From Trichoplax sp. H2 (taxonomy: Eukaryota), in assembly GCA_003344405.1 (NCBI GenBank), contig NOWV01000022.1, positions 620,001 through 684,000 on the forward strand: 64,000 nucleotides of DNA, given 5' to 3'. Both the position numbers and the translations under genes were made by a program. Below, piece by piece: positions 12,273 to 25,451 of the stretch; position 1 is the first letter of the stretch, and each line of letters begins with the position of its first letter. The notes beneath the pieces are model-generated. The model was given only the letters and a program-made list of their open reading frames with translations, was not told where the DNA came from and did not search any database.

Positions 12273-14335
12273 TTGCGCGAGCTATTTCATAGTGTTTATA
12301 CACACGTTAAATCAACTGAATGTATCTATTACGATACATTTGACGCCAAAACATTCAGCGAATTTATAAGAAATGCTATGATTACTGCAACTACAGACGA
12401 ACATACTATAATACTTGAATGACGCACGCTTCATCAACCAATACTAATACAATTTTGATATGAAGAATAGTGATAAATTAGTTCCATTCTTAATCATCTA
12501 CGAATCAGCCGAATATTATTGTACATTTCTGTATCATATTATTAATACCTCTGTAATGGTTGCAATGATTATATATTAACAACCTAAAAATATTTAAATT
12601 ACCACAACTTTTCGGATGCTCTTGTATTTGTTGAAAATTATATGAATGAAAATTTAAATTGTTTTTATTTACAATTAACATTATGGCCATGTACAGTTAC
12701 ATACTGTGATTGTAATATTATTTTTTGTGTATCCCGTGTTTGGACATAGAAACCACGATTTGAAACTACTATACAATATATCACGTTTTTGTTAAGGCTA
12801 AGTGTGATAGTGTACAGTAATTTACTTGAGCTGGGTTACACAATTCCAAGTTGAATGATTGATATGTAACAATAAGTTTACGTTATGTTTATGCACGGCT
12901 GATTTAATGATTGGTTATATCAATATTAGGATATACTGTACTAGTATGCAGGAATGACTCAGCCTACAGAATAATCTTTTATACCTTTTTATTCGTACTA
13001 TTGTCTATGTAATCTTTCAAGTATTACATTAAATACATAAGTATTGAGATCGAGATTTGCAATGGAGAAAATTATATATTTTAATTTCTATATATCCTTA
13101 AATTCATGATCTACGCAGTATAAAAATTGTCACGCAATTTTTTAATCTACTGCATCAAGAAAATTAGTGAAGTGTCGGTACGATTCGGCGGAAATGACGA
13201 ATTTAAAATGTCATTTCGAACATCAATAAATGCTGTTTGTTATCTTATTTTTAAATTGTTTTTGTGAATAGTACTTCTAGTAGGCAATACCTGTTTCCTT
13301 AAACCAATTAGTAATCTAAAATTAGTCATGATTAAAATATTTTAATCTCAGGCAATATGCAATAGTTCAAAACTTTAGGATTCATCACAAATAGATATTC
13401 ACGTTGTACAGGTTATACATGAAAGAATTATTGTACATCATCAAATATTATGTTAGAATATTTTAGACGCATTATCGCTTAAATATACGGGTATAATACG
13501 GTTAAATGTGTAACTTATAAAGGGTAGTTATACTGTATTCTCGTACAATTTACTCCACATATGATATTATAATTGCTATATACAATTACAGTGGCCATCT
13601 TTCTAATTAATCCCAAATTATTACCGGTCAATCAATCTAAATCTTCATTTTATACCTATCATATATATTGACTTATTTTGATAAGTTAAATATTCCTTTC
13701 ATATAAAGACTGCCTTAATCATGCTTTATAGTACAGTATTTTTATAGCATACCTGCGGTGTCGTACTATCTTTCGTAGAATGGATACTAACTATTGCAAT
13801 GAAAAATCAATCACAGCATGTACGCCTATAAATCTACCTTCATGAAGTAATCAATATTACAGTAGTATAGCTATCTGCCGTAGTAAGCTTCAAAATCAGC
13901 TTAAAATAGTTTAATTTCGACAACCATCTAAGGAATGGATGTTACTAATTATTTTAATAACATGAAATTGATCAAACCATTCAATCGATCGTTCAAAATA
14001 TCCCCTTTAGGTCGTAAGTTTTATCATTTTTGTAGATAAAGCAACAAAAGCTGTAAAAATTTTAAGTCTGTCTAGAGTATCACGAAAATAATCTCAAATT
14101 ATATGTTATAATCTATCTGATATAAAATTTTTCTCTCCAAATTTACATAGATAATAAACTATAAATTTGAGATTCGGTAGCAAAATATGTACATAGATAT
14201 AGATATAATTATTATATGCTGCCTCCAGGATCTACTAATTTATAGAAAAAGTTATAAATTTTGTAAATGTGTTTTTGGTAAAAATGATTAATATTTTAAA
14301 ATATTATTGATACGGATATTCCCTTCTTCAGGAAT

Positions 14336-17300
14336 TTAATTCTCAATATTTTTATTAGTTGTATCTCCTTGAAATTTATGAATTTCAAGGGTTAAATTAT
14401 TAATTGTTTTATTCTTTTCTTCTATATCATCTTGTAACTGCCTAACTAATCCCTTAAGCTGCTGAACTTCAACGGATGTTAATGATGATTTCTCATCTTC
14501 GGTTCTTGGCACATAGAATGAACTAATTGTAGGTAATTTATATAGACTATTAATTCCACGAGCATTAGTTGCATGATTACTTGCAACTTCGGCCTAAAGT
14601 ATGGGTAAGTTAGAAAGAATATTAGTAAGTAATAGAGTACCGGTAGTTTCTCTTAAATTAATAGGTGTGGTATCAACTTTAATACTACTATGAAGTACAT
14701 CATACACATTTTATTATACATTTAGCTTTGTATTTAAACATGGAAACAGCATTCCAAATTCATCCCTACCTGTAAATCATGAATCATATTTTCAATACTC
14801 TTAGCTGATTTGGCCAATCGTGTTGTAATATTTTCAACTGTACCAGTGTTGTCTGATGCGTAAGGTAATAAATTAGCATAGGTGGTAGAGGTCACAGGAC
14901 CGGTAAAATTCGAAGTATACTTTGAATTATTTTGAGTCTCATTTCTTTCAATATCTTCGCGCATAGGAAGAGATATATCATTATCAACATTAATATTATT
15001 GCTGCTGTTTGAAAACCTCTTTCTACTAGTTGCAGATTGTAATCGTCTTCGAATTTTAGATGTAGAAGGACCTGACCTACCACCTGATATAGTATGGCTG
15101 AAATAAAAAAAGAGAAAATAATTTACAAATATAAATCGTTTCATAACATTTTATGCTAATTTTCATATGGGCGTAAATTTCGTAGTTGTCGAGGTAAAAT
15201 ATATACGGAAATGTACCTCAAGTGTAGGGTATCAAATATTTATTTAATTTAGCCATTGAAGTACCTTCTTTTAATTTGTATTTCTCCCTGATCTTCATTT
15301 TTATTGATTGGTTTAATCTTATTTCTAGTAATTGATAAATTTAATATTTTCCTTAAGCCAACTCGATTTCTCGCTGTATTTGTATCTGTTTCACAATTTT
15401 CTTTCGTATCCTGTGTTTCTGAATTTACTCTTTTCATTCCAGCTAAACGAGCTTTAGCGTATTGAGTTAAGTAGACCTACAACATGATTCAATTTCAGGT
15501 CAATTACTATATCTAGAATTTTGGAATACCCATAATTGTATTTGTATTAATTATCGATTCTGAATTATTATGTATCACTTTGTATGTTATTTACTTATAT
15601 AAATATAAAAAAAGATTTAAATAAGCAAATTACACGAAATAAAGTACTTGGCATAGAATACTTGAATAATACTTTTTAAAGTGCTATCAGGCAGGCATTA
15701 ACAAAATACTGTAATGATACCTTAGCTTTTGGATAATCTTCCATAGCTTCCAGTACATCATCCTTTAATAATACAAATAATTCTGAGAAGCCAATCGATC
15801 GAACATTAGCAGTTCGCCTATCAAGGAAACCATAGACAGTTAATAGATGGAAGCTAAAAATTATTAGATTTATTGTGATAGCTTTTAGCTTGCTAATGAT
15901 TCCAGGACCAGGTACTGAAGGTAGTTTTGTTTACAATTTAGCTCTATATAACTGTGATTGATAGCTGTAGCTTTGTACAAATTACAAATATATTCGCTGG
16001 TAATAGTAAAATTTTCATTAATTAACTGATTGGAGGTGTTAAGCTTTAAGGTACAGAGATAGTATGATAATAGCAGCACTCCCTCTTGTATGATATAAAG
16101 ATTATTAACTTTTACTCTGCCATCTGCTGGCAGTGAAAATTTCCTTTAAGAATGAAAATAAATGCCAACCGTGTGAAGGCTGAGAAATATAATAGAATTA
16201 TTATACTTTAATACTTTAGTTTGTCTAAAATTTAGATTTATTACGACACACTTGTCGTTATACATAGCTGATTGCAAAGTTTATTATCGTATTTTCATAA
16301 GTAGTTATTATTGATATACAACTCTACAAGCCAGGATGGAAGGACTAGGAAAGGTTACCTGTTTGCTGCTTCTGATAGACTTAAAACTCCAATTTCACCG
16401 AAAAAATCACCTTCTTTCAATGTAGCTATAACTGCTCCACTTTCGCTGTAGTTTATTTGATAATAAAATAGTCGACAAAGGTTATCAACATCTATACATA
16501 AGAACTCAAAATAAGGTATATCGATATAATATCCAATTTATGATTGATCATGTTTGACAATTCTATCTACATCTAGTTGTTTAGTAGTCTTTTAGTTCAT
16601 ATAAGGTAAATTACCTTAACACTTCCAATTTGCCGTTGCTAATAATGTACATCTCACGGGCAATTTCACCAAGTTGGCAAACTAAATCCATAGGTGTATA
16701 AATGTGATGTTTCATTTTAAGAACTAGATCATGAAGGAATTCTCGTTCGCAGTTTTGAAATAATGTGACCTAACCAAAAAGGATAATTACATGAATACAA
16801 GTACATCCAATATTAGCATAGGTATTATTATTTAAAATAGCATATTTTATTCGCGCTGACGATAGGTGCAGTAAATCATACTCTAGTGAATTTGATCATT
16901 CGCGTAGAAAGAACCATATTATACGTTCGTTACGATCAAAATTAATTTCATGTTCTTCAGTGCTAATCAGACAGAGTAAAATGGAACTGAAGATCGCTTT
17001 ATCACCTTATATTCAATAACGCAACTTTGGAGGAAATTATTTAGGAGTAAGCTGATATTCATATAGTAATACAGATCGCTGTAATACACTTATTTATGTA
17101 TGCCGATTTTATCATGACCACTACTGGAAATAATCATCTCCCATACTAACTATTCATAAATAAACTAACCTTTTTTAGTGTCTCTAAATGAACATGAAGA
17201 GCTAATTCGGTTTTTAATTTGGTTGGTAGCATACTGATTGCTCTAGCTTCTCCAATACCATTTAGTTGGCCTCTGTAGCAAAATATTGATTATTAAACAG

Positions 17301-19235
17301 ATATCTTTACAGGTAGAAAAAGCATATCAAGCTGGCATAACTTTACCTTTCCCAGGAATAATCGAACCATCGTTGAACACGAGTCTGCAAATTGCTGCTT
17401 ACGTTTCGTTTAGACATATATTCTTTTGCATCGTCCTATTTTTATGTTTCCATTTAAATGGATAAAATGTTAATTAAAATAATTTGTTGTGATTAATTAA
17501 CATGAGGCGGTCACTGTTTCTCACCAGTAATTGATCAAATTGAGATCTTCTAGCATTTCGCTTAGCAATAACGTTACCCAATAAGCCTAAAAGATATTAC
17601 ATTAATACTGAGCATTTATTTAAGAACAGAAGACTGTTGCTCGCTCCTTTTACGTTTACTGTACCATTGGAAATTTTCTATACTTTAGCGCAGACTAGTA
17701 TAAAAACTGATTCTTTGTAAGGATAAGGACAATAATATTCTAAGCTCAAATTGAAAGTATTACTATGATCTATGATTTTATTGCCATGTTACTATAAAAG
17801 ATCATTAAATTAATACTACAGATAATTCAATCATACCGACAATAGAAGCAAAAATAAATAATCCACAGAAATAACTTAATAGAGTGAAAAGGTACCTAAT
17901 AATCAAGAAGAAAGAATGCCAATATTAAATTATGTTCTTCTATGGTTAAAAATTTTTTGGCTAAGTAAGAGTTGAAAATAAGTCTGAATGTCAATTATTA
18001 TAATACAAAACATGATAATTTAAAAGTATCATAATAATGGATATCCAATTGATTACTACAGTCATGAGTTGCCATTGAAGGAATATACGTGCAGTAGTCA
18101 AATCTACTTACTCAATTTGTGTAACTGGCGAGGGGATTTCACCAATGGTTGTTAATGTTAACGTTGCCCAATAGACCGATTTTAAATACTTGACGGATAA
18201 ATTGCCGTTAATACCAACAGGCTCTGGATAAACCCATCCATCCGAGCCAAAACCGATATAGCCTGATATCATGTAATAAATTGCAGCGAACCATTGGATG
18301 AGTATAAATAAGGTGTGAATTAAATTTAAAATTCGCCAAAAATTGGGCCGATAAGTCCGTGATTGGATTAAACGGTAGAAATCGTTTGTGCGATAGTATT
18401 TTAATAATCGTCCAATGCGTATAATGGGAAACATTTGCGTAACGTTATAATAGAAAAAATCGAAAGGTAATAAACAAATAACATCCATCACAACCCGCCC
18501 AGAGCGGAAATAATGTTGACGCAATTTATGGCGATCAGTGACGACGATGCCATGGGATAAGTAGCCAGTTCGTGTTGAGAGGTAGATATCAGCGATATAA
18601 ATTAGATCAGTACTATAGTCAAGAAAACCCCACAAGATTGGAGTTTCATTTTGGAACTCTGGAAAAGCAGTTCGAATAATAATTAACCAAAAATTATATA
18701 ACACTGCCAAGGATAGCAGAGCTAACCAATAAAGATTAGTTAAACTTTTAGGATTAATAATCCAACGTTCATAACGCATTCGGACATCGCCATAAGTATC
18801 ATAGAAGTAATCTTTTTGATCAGTAATAACGACATCATCGTCATCATCACGGCCTTTACCATGCGATTTGTCGTCACTCAGTGAATTTTCTTCATTGGCA
18901 ACAGTCACTAAATCCTCTTCACTGTCAATAGATATACGTCGGTCTTGGCGTGTTGTAAATTTTTCGATGAATGAATCATGGCGACGTTTTTGAACACTTT
19001 GATTTTGTGCTCGTACCTTGGTGAAAGCATTGCTCCAACGATAAAATTGACTTAAAATATGAGAGCTACTAGATCGGTTATTGCGTTGTAATCTTTTCTT
19101 TCCACTTCCTCCTTCTATTGGAGTAGTTTCCTCAACAGTCATGATGTGCTCTTGTTGTTGCTGCAAATGAGGATCATGACCATTTTTAGTCGGATAATCT
19201 TGATGGGCTGATTGAATATCGTAATCTTTGGACAT
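14336..19235 (-). CDS. CNGA: Cyclic nucleotide-gated cation channel, alpha-type subunit
   Basis: 11 exons: 19235-18112, 17895-17837, 17586-17525, 17435-17347, 17272-17170, 16769-16615, 16445-16359, 15817-15721, 15476-15265, 15097-14770, 14593-14336. Six TM segments, S4 [12 protein letters not shown], pore [16 protein letters not shown] with the alpha-type Glu, C-linker [30 protein letters not shown]...[10 protein letters not shown]-terminal RHDSFIEKF motif, C-terminal coiled coil. The true start may lie in an upstream exon. Confidence 0.95.
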
Positions 19236-19569
19236 TTTCAATGACGTTTTGTAGTCATCTAGAGAATAGAAATAACCTCAAATCTGTTGATAAATGATAT
19301 AGTATTCCCGCTTGGATGGCTATCGTAAAGATGGGGGAGGGGGAATATTGTTCTTCGACAGAAGTTAGTTTGGCAAGTGGCAGAAAGGCTAAGTACACGT
19401 AGAAAAGAAAAGGAATTGATTAAATTCAAGCGGGGCTAGAATAAATTATTCTATTAATCCCATTGCCGGTAGTAGTGGTATCCATCTTATAATTTTAAAA
19501 TAAGCAATTTTTACCTACCCAAATGCTGCTTACCCTAGGAAATATGCCCGTATAGGATAAATTAGCGTA

Positions 19570-19920
19570 TAGAAGATTTCTGTTGTTGTAATCGATCGAG
19601 AGAGAGAGAGAGCACTTTTTCTTCAGCTGTAAATGGATTTGCAAATATAGGAAGAGAAGGGAGAAATAATGAACTCACAGAAGGATTGAAATCGTTACAG
19701 TTGTGAAGAAATTAATAGCCTCATTTTTACCTGCCTCTTCACCCAAGCTATAAATATGATAATTCAGCACCTAGAAGATTTCTATTTTTGTTGTATTAGA
19801 GAGAGAGAGAGAACACTTTAGCTATAAATGAACTGACAAATATATTGGGTGGTATCTTTGAAGAGAAAGGAGAAATAATCAGTATATAGAAGGACGGGCG
19901 ACGGTTACAGTTATGGGAAG
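19570..19920. repeat. Two diverged direct copies (~200 bp period), each containing a (GA)n microsatellite
   Basis: tagaagatttc...ttgttgta...(ga)n..cacttt..agct.taaatg...gagaaataat...agaagga...gttacagtt occurs at ~19570 and ~19772. Confidence 0.85.
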
Positions 19921-21159
19921 GAAAGAATATTTTCCCTTATACGGAAATAGAATTGATAAAATAGACGAAGTAACGATAGATGAGGAAATTAGAATTCTAT
20001 TTTTATTGTTACCTATGTTGCCATAAAAATCTCTAAAGGCCTATATTAATCTAAAAGTCTCATTTCTGTTTACCTTGATTTTATCAAACTTCAATCACGT
20101 ATTTCTATGATAAATCAGTGAAGGTAATTCAATTTCTTATTTCTTATTCCAACCTAATCAAAAGGAACCAGCTAAATAATTTATTTTTATCACCCGTTAA
20201 AACAGAAATTTCTATACGACAAGATACGTCTAGAATTTTATATGGTAATAGTTCAATCTCAGAGGAAAAAATTTGTGTTAAGATTATTTTATTATACCTT
20301 TGAGTAAAATAAACATCGATTGGTCAAGTTCCTATAATTATAAACAATAGTTCTTATAAATAATTTCTTATTGAAATCGCTAAATGATAGAAGGATAGTT
20401 CCTACCAATAAACAAAAATAAGCTCTAGTAATCATTTTGGATAAATAAGCCATTTTATAGTAACATAAGAAAATCAATAATTATAATAGAACTGCGACAT
20501 TAGAATGATTCTAACTATAATATAATTTTCGTCAATCATTTTATTTAATCCATCTCCACCCTTTATTTAATGTTAATTGTTATTAAACGCTTAATTATTT
20601 TCATCTATGATTTAGTCACTTTCAATCTAGCTTTGGGTTGTGCTTTATTAGCATTGACACCGTAGCCGTACTTTTAACCTATGAAAATAGAAAAATTGTT
20701 CACAGTATGGCACCGACATTAACTTCGTTATAGACCTCGATTCAGTCACAGTATAGATCAACAGGTTCTTGTATATACCGTATATACTACGTAACAGCCC
20801 TACATTATTTATGTATTTACTGTCTACAGAATGTGATTTGAAATCTTCTAGAGTGTAAATTAGCAGTCTAGAATGCATGGGCAACATGATAATGGAGTTC
20901 TTTATAATGTGCTTTTATGGAATATATGGATAAATTATAAATTTGTAGTCTCTCGTGTGTATCTACAGCATTAAAAGGTGGTGATGATTTTCTAAATTGT
21001 AAAAATTAACGGCCATGGAGATGGAATAATTCTTAAAGTACCGGTACTCGTAGAGCAATACCTTAAGAATTGTTAATAGTGAACACTTGAAGGATTAAAT
21101 CTAGAATTATAAAAATAAAGTTTGGTGTATTAAATGCCTTGCGACCTAAATTCTATGAT

Positions 21160-21750
21160 GAGTTCATAAGAAACAACAAGATACCGTGAAATTAATATAG
21201 TGCCTAGTAGAGTTAGAATTTATTCTTGGCATTCTACTACTGTACAGGTATCGAACGGTTAGTTAAAGTATATTCTTAATAAGTTCATAAGAAAACAACC
21301 AAATAAAATTGATAAAGGGCTTATTGGAGGTTGAGTCCATTTTTGGCCTTCAACTACTGTATGAGTATTAAATGATTGGTTAAAATATATTTCCCATCCT
21401 TGTACAGGTAAAAGATTTAATTTCACGTATTAACATAATTACTTAAATCATCTGAAAGGGGGCTGAAAGTCTCTATCACAACATGGATTCTGTTTCTGGC
21501 TTATAATATAGGCTGGTATAGAATTGCTAGAAAAAAAATAGACTAGGAGATTTCAAGTACTATGCAGGCATTGAACGGTTAGTTAAATACGTTTCCTAAC
21601 TTAGTACAGGTAAAAGATTTATTTATTTCATTTATGAACGTAATTGCTTGGATCATCTGAAAGGAAATTGAACGTCTCTATCACAACATGAATTCTGTTT
21701 TCTTGCTAATTATATACGCTAGTATATAATTGCTAGAAAAATAGATTAAT
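21160..21750. repeat. Nested degenerate tandem duplications (~120 bp and ~200 bp units)
   Basis: agttcataagaaa at ~21161 and ~21282. gtacaggtaaaagattt...atcatctgaaagg...gtctctatcacaacatg.attctgttt...aattgctagaaaaa at ~21402 and ~21604. gaacggttagttaaa at ~21253 and ~21573. Confidence 0.85.
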
Positions 21751-24700
21751 TAAGAGAGGCGTTTCTTATTAAAATAAGTGTCATCACCATCCTATTCTAA
21801 CTCTATCTCTGTTCACTCCTTTCAAACTTTCTTGTTCTTATTTATAAAAGTACATATATATTTCTAAATTCTCAATACTGGAGCTAATGTAGACTTCCCT
21901 AATACAGATTTATTTGCAAGCTTAAATTCTTATATAGACGTAACTGTATCATCCATCAAAGTTACTATAACTGACAAAAATTACTGAAATATGATTTATA
22001 TTCGGTCTTCCAAGTATAATAAAATCGCTTCTAACTAAATTCAATATCAAATGCTCTAAATAATAAATGGATTAATTAGCGTAATCACCATATGTTTATC
22101 ACGTCTACAAAAAAAATCGGAAAAATTTCTTCGATGCTCGGCAGCTGACATCTTAGAAAAATTTATCTAACATAATTATGTACAGTACATAGCGGATACG
22201 CTAATGTGTGTTTACAGTTTGCTATAACTGAAAAAGTACTAAAAATTCACTTTTAGACGATCAAACATACTAGAAAGATATCTTTACGTCTTTTATTACC
22301 AAAAACTATACTACGGTAGTAGTATTGTTTATGACTATAAATTAAATTAAGCCCAAATTGTCTATATTTTACCACCTGTTGCTCGATATCTGATCGTAAA
22401 AACCATCGGATAGTTAAATATGAAAAAGGACATAATAAGTAGGACTGATCTAATTTCAGATTAGACATCAGCAGTCTAGTTATACTAACATTACAAAATT
22501 TGTGGATCGATTTTAGTAATCATTTAAGCGACAATTTTACACGTCAATAACCAATATGAGTTTTACGTATATTTATAGATGTTATTAGCGGTATATATAA
22601 CATTTAAAGATCACTTACAATTCAGAACAATATTTCTTCCAAACTGTATAACACGCAATACGATGAAAGCTAGTGTATTCTCTCTTTGAATATTTTTTAT
22701 AATATGTACTACTTTGAAGATTATAATGAACCGAAAGCACTGGGTACTTATTCACTAAAAGCTAGCACAACTGAAAGCTCCTGGCAAACATAATCATTCT
22801 GATAAAGTCATAAATTGGAAAATGTTAACTTGATTATTTTCTATATTACCTATTTCTTGGTTATGGTATCATAGCTTTAGCTTGTTTATCCATATAATTA
22901 ACTGGGAAGGAAACGATTACTGTGATGATATACGGAAATAGTATGCTACCGATTTTGTATTCCAGGTGAACGTTTAGCTTATTGGCGCTTCAATCTTATC
23001 CTTCTTTACCGTCTTTGTCTTAGTTAATGAGCTTCAAATAGTAAAAGTATTCCTTTAAAGGTTTGATTTAATAGAGTATGAATTAAGACTTTAAAGCGTA
23101 CGACAACTTAGAAATTGGATCGAAAACTTGCAAATGATAGATATCAATAATAGACATTCAGAATATACTTTTAAACTTGATGAATCAAGAAAAGTAATGA
23201 TGAACCTAATTTTGAAAATTTATCCTTTCGTCATTAACTTATACATCAATAGCTTGATTACGGAGAGGAATAAAGTTGATTAATTAAATTAGACTTTGCA
23301 AAGAGCCAATATAGTAGGATTTTGATGCTCCCTGACATTATAACTGCTGACTTTATTAATCACCAATGGGTGATTTAATTGTTATGGCAACGTCAATCAA
23401 TTTAACACGTATAATGTCATTGGGCTTAAGTTAACCAGATGATTGTAAGTAAGAATACCTCAGTCAATACTTTGGGCGGGCTAACTATACTTTGCTTGAC
23501 CTTAAGCAAACGAATTCATATTGGCTATAACTATCTAGCTAATCATAAACGGAGAATAACGAAAGATATATGATAACAGAAATCGATCAAATTAAACGAT
23601 TGACTTGTAATAGATTGATGAAAACTATTGATCCCACTGGATTTTACTTTGTCAATATTAAGTTGACAGTCTACCATGAGAAGAGAGAAGAGCGTTTGTA
23701 ATATCACTTTAAAGTGGCAAGAATACAATACTTTTGCACTTTATTTAATGCTCAATCAGTACAATAAGGGTTTGATCATATTTTACTGGAGAAAATTAAT
23801 CAAATTTTATATGTAGTTTGTTGATCAGAGACTTTAATTCAATAGTTTGTATTGTCCTATTATATCTATATGAATAGGAGATAAAATTCTCTGGCGAAAA
23901 TGGTCGATTATATGAAATAAGACAACGTGCTATGTCAGCACCATAGCAACTATTTTCGAACAGATACCGTAATTTCTATACTTATTAGAGGCTGTAGGTA
24001 ATTATGTTTAATACAATAACACAACGGAATGAAAGTAAAGGAAGTAATTACTATCAATAATAAAGGAATTGTTACACAATTATCATATTGTCATCTAATG
24101 AATACGTAATCAATATCACAACGGCAAGTGTATGTTATACGTAATCATTTCGATCTCTTAGTTTCTGACATATTTGTAATTTTTACATCACTATTGTCTG
24201 GGTTTGTGGGCCTATACGTTCTATAGTATAACATCGATAAAATCATATACCGTACCCGACGTAAATTCTGCTAATAAATTAGCAGCAATTGCAAGCACAA
24301 TAACGTAAGATACAATGAAGTCATTGTCTTACTGTAATGCTAAGATATCCTTTCAAAAGTACGAAACGTACACAGACTGTATTTCGTGTACCTTTGGTAG
24401 CGTAGAGCGTGATATGTTAATTAAAACGGCAATAATCGAAGTCAATATTCAGGATAGCTTGAGCTGCCTTTTCAACTGTCAGCATATATTATTACAAGGA
24501 ACTTGTTGCTGAAATTATGAATTATTATGTCTACATATTGTAAAGTGCTGTGATTTAAACATTATAGAAGATATCGTAATCTAATTACTTTACTATGGTT
24601 GCTGTATTAACATAGCAAATTAGCAATTACAGTAAATTTATGGCAAGAATAATCAACTCTGTTGATAAATACTACAATTATAGGATATTGCAATATCAAA

Positions 24701-25451
24701 ATTAGTTAGTATTTGAATGATACTACGTCGTGGTCATCCAATACTAATTATAATATAATGTATTTCGTAATCTTTATACGGTAATTATGATATATTAAAT
24801 ATAGATAATTATAATAGTATGAGATACAAATTTATACAAGATTAATTTCGAACGAATAATTTAAGAATGGCTTCTATCAAAAATGAGCAACTTGTTATCC
24901 TTTCTCAAATTTGATTCTTATAAGACATCATAAAGAAAGAAACCAATTTTTATTCATCTTTTACGATACGCAGATATTTCAAGTAAGAAATTTACATCCA
25001 ATATTAAGTATCTTAGCGGTATCAATTTATTGATAAGAATTATAATGGTGCTCCGATATAAGCAAATAAAGAACAATCAAAATAAATTTATGAAACAGAG
25101 CATTACTATTTACGTAATAGCTAAGTAATGAAAAATTATCATAAAGTACATGTTGTAAATAACGTGGTACACCTACAAGCTTAATACATTACGTACGTAT
25201 ACTTCTTCATTAAGCATTCCATTCTAATACCGGTTGATGTGATAAACAACCTTTTGTTATCCACTGTTTATCATATCGTACGCGTAAAAAGCTGACAGAC
25301 TACGATTACAAGAGGCAATATAATATGAAGATATGAGTACACACTTTATTACAATAACAACGCTTTCAAATGATTTACTCAAATCTATGATGATTTTATC
25401 TTATCCAATAGAAATTTTACGTTATTTCCGTTTGTACTAGACAGACAGGAA

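Noticed and set aside
19300..25400. Short ORFs (60-80 aa) in the gene-free region, and similar ones in the OSBP, UNC119 and cyclase introns
   Set aside because: No recognisable motifs or consistent exon chain; expected by chance in AT-rich DNA.
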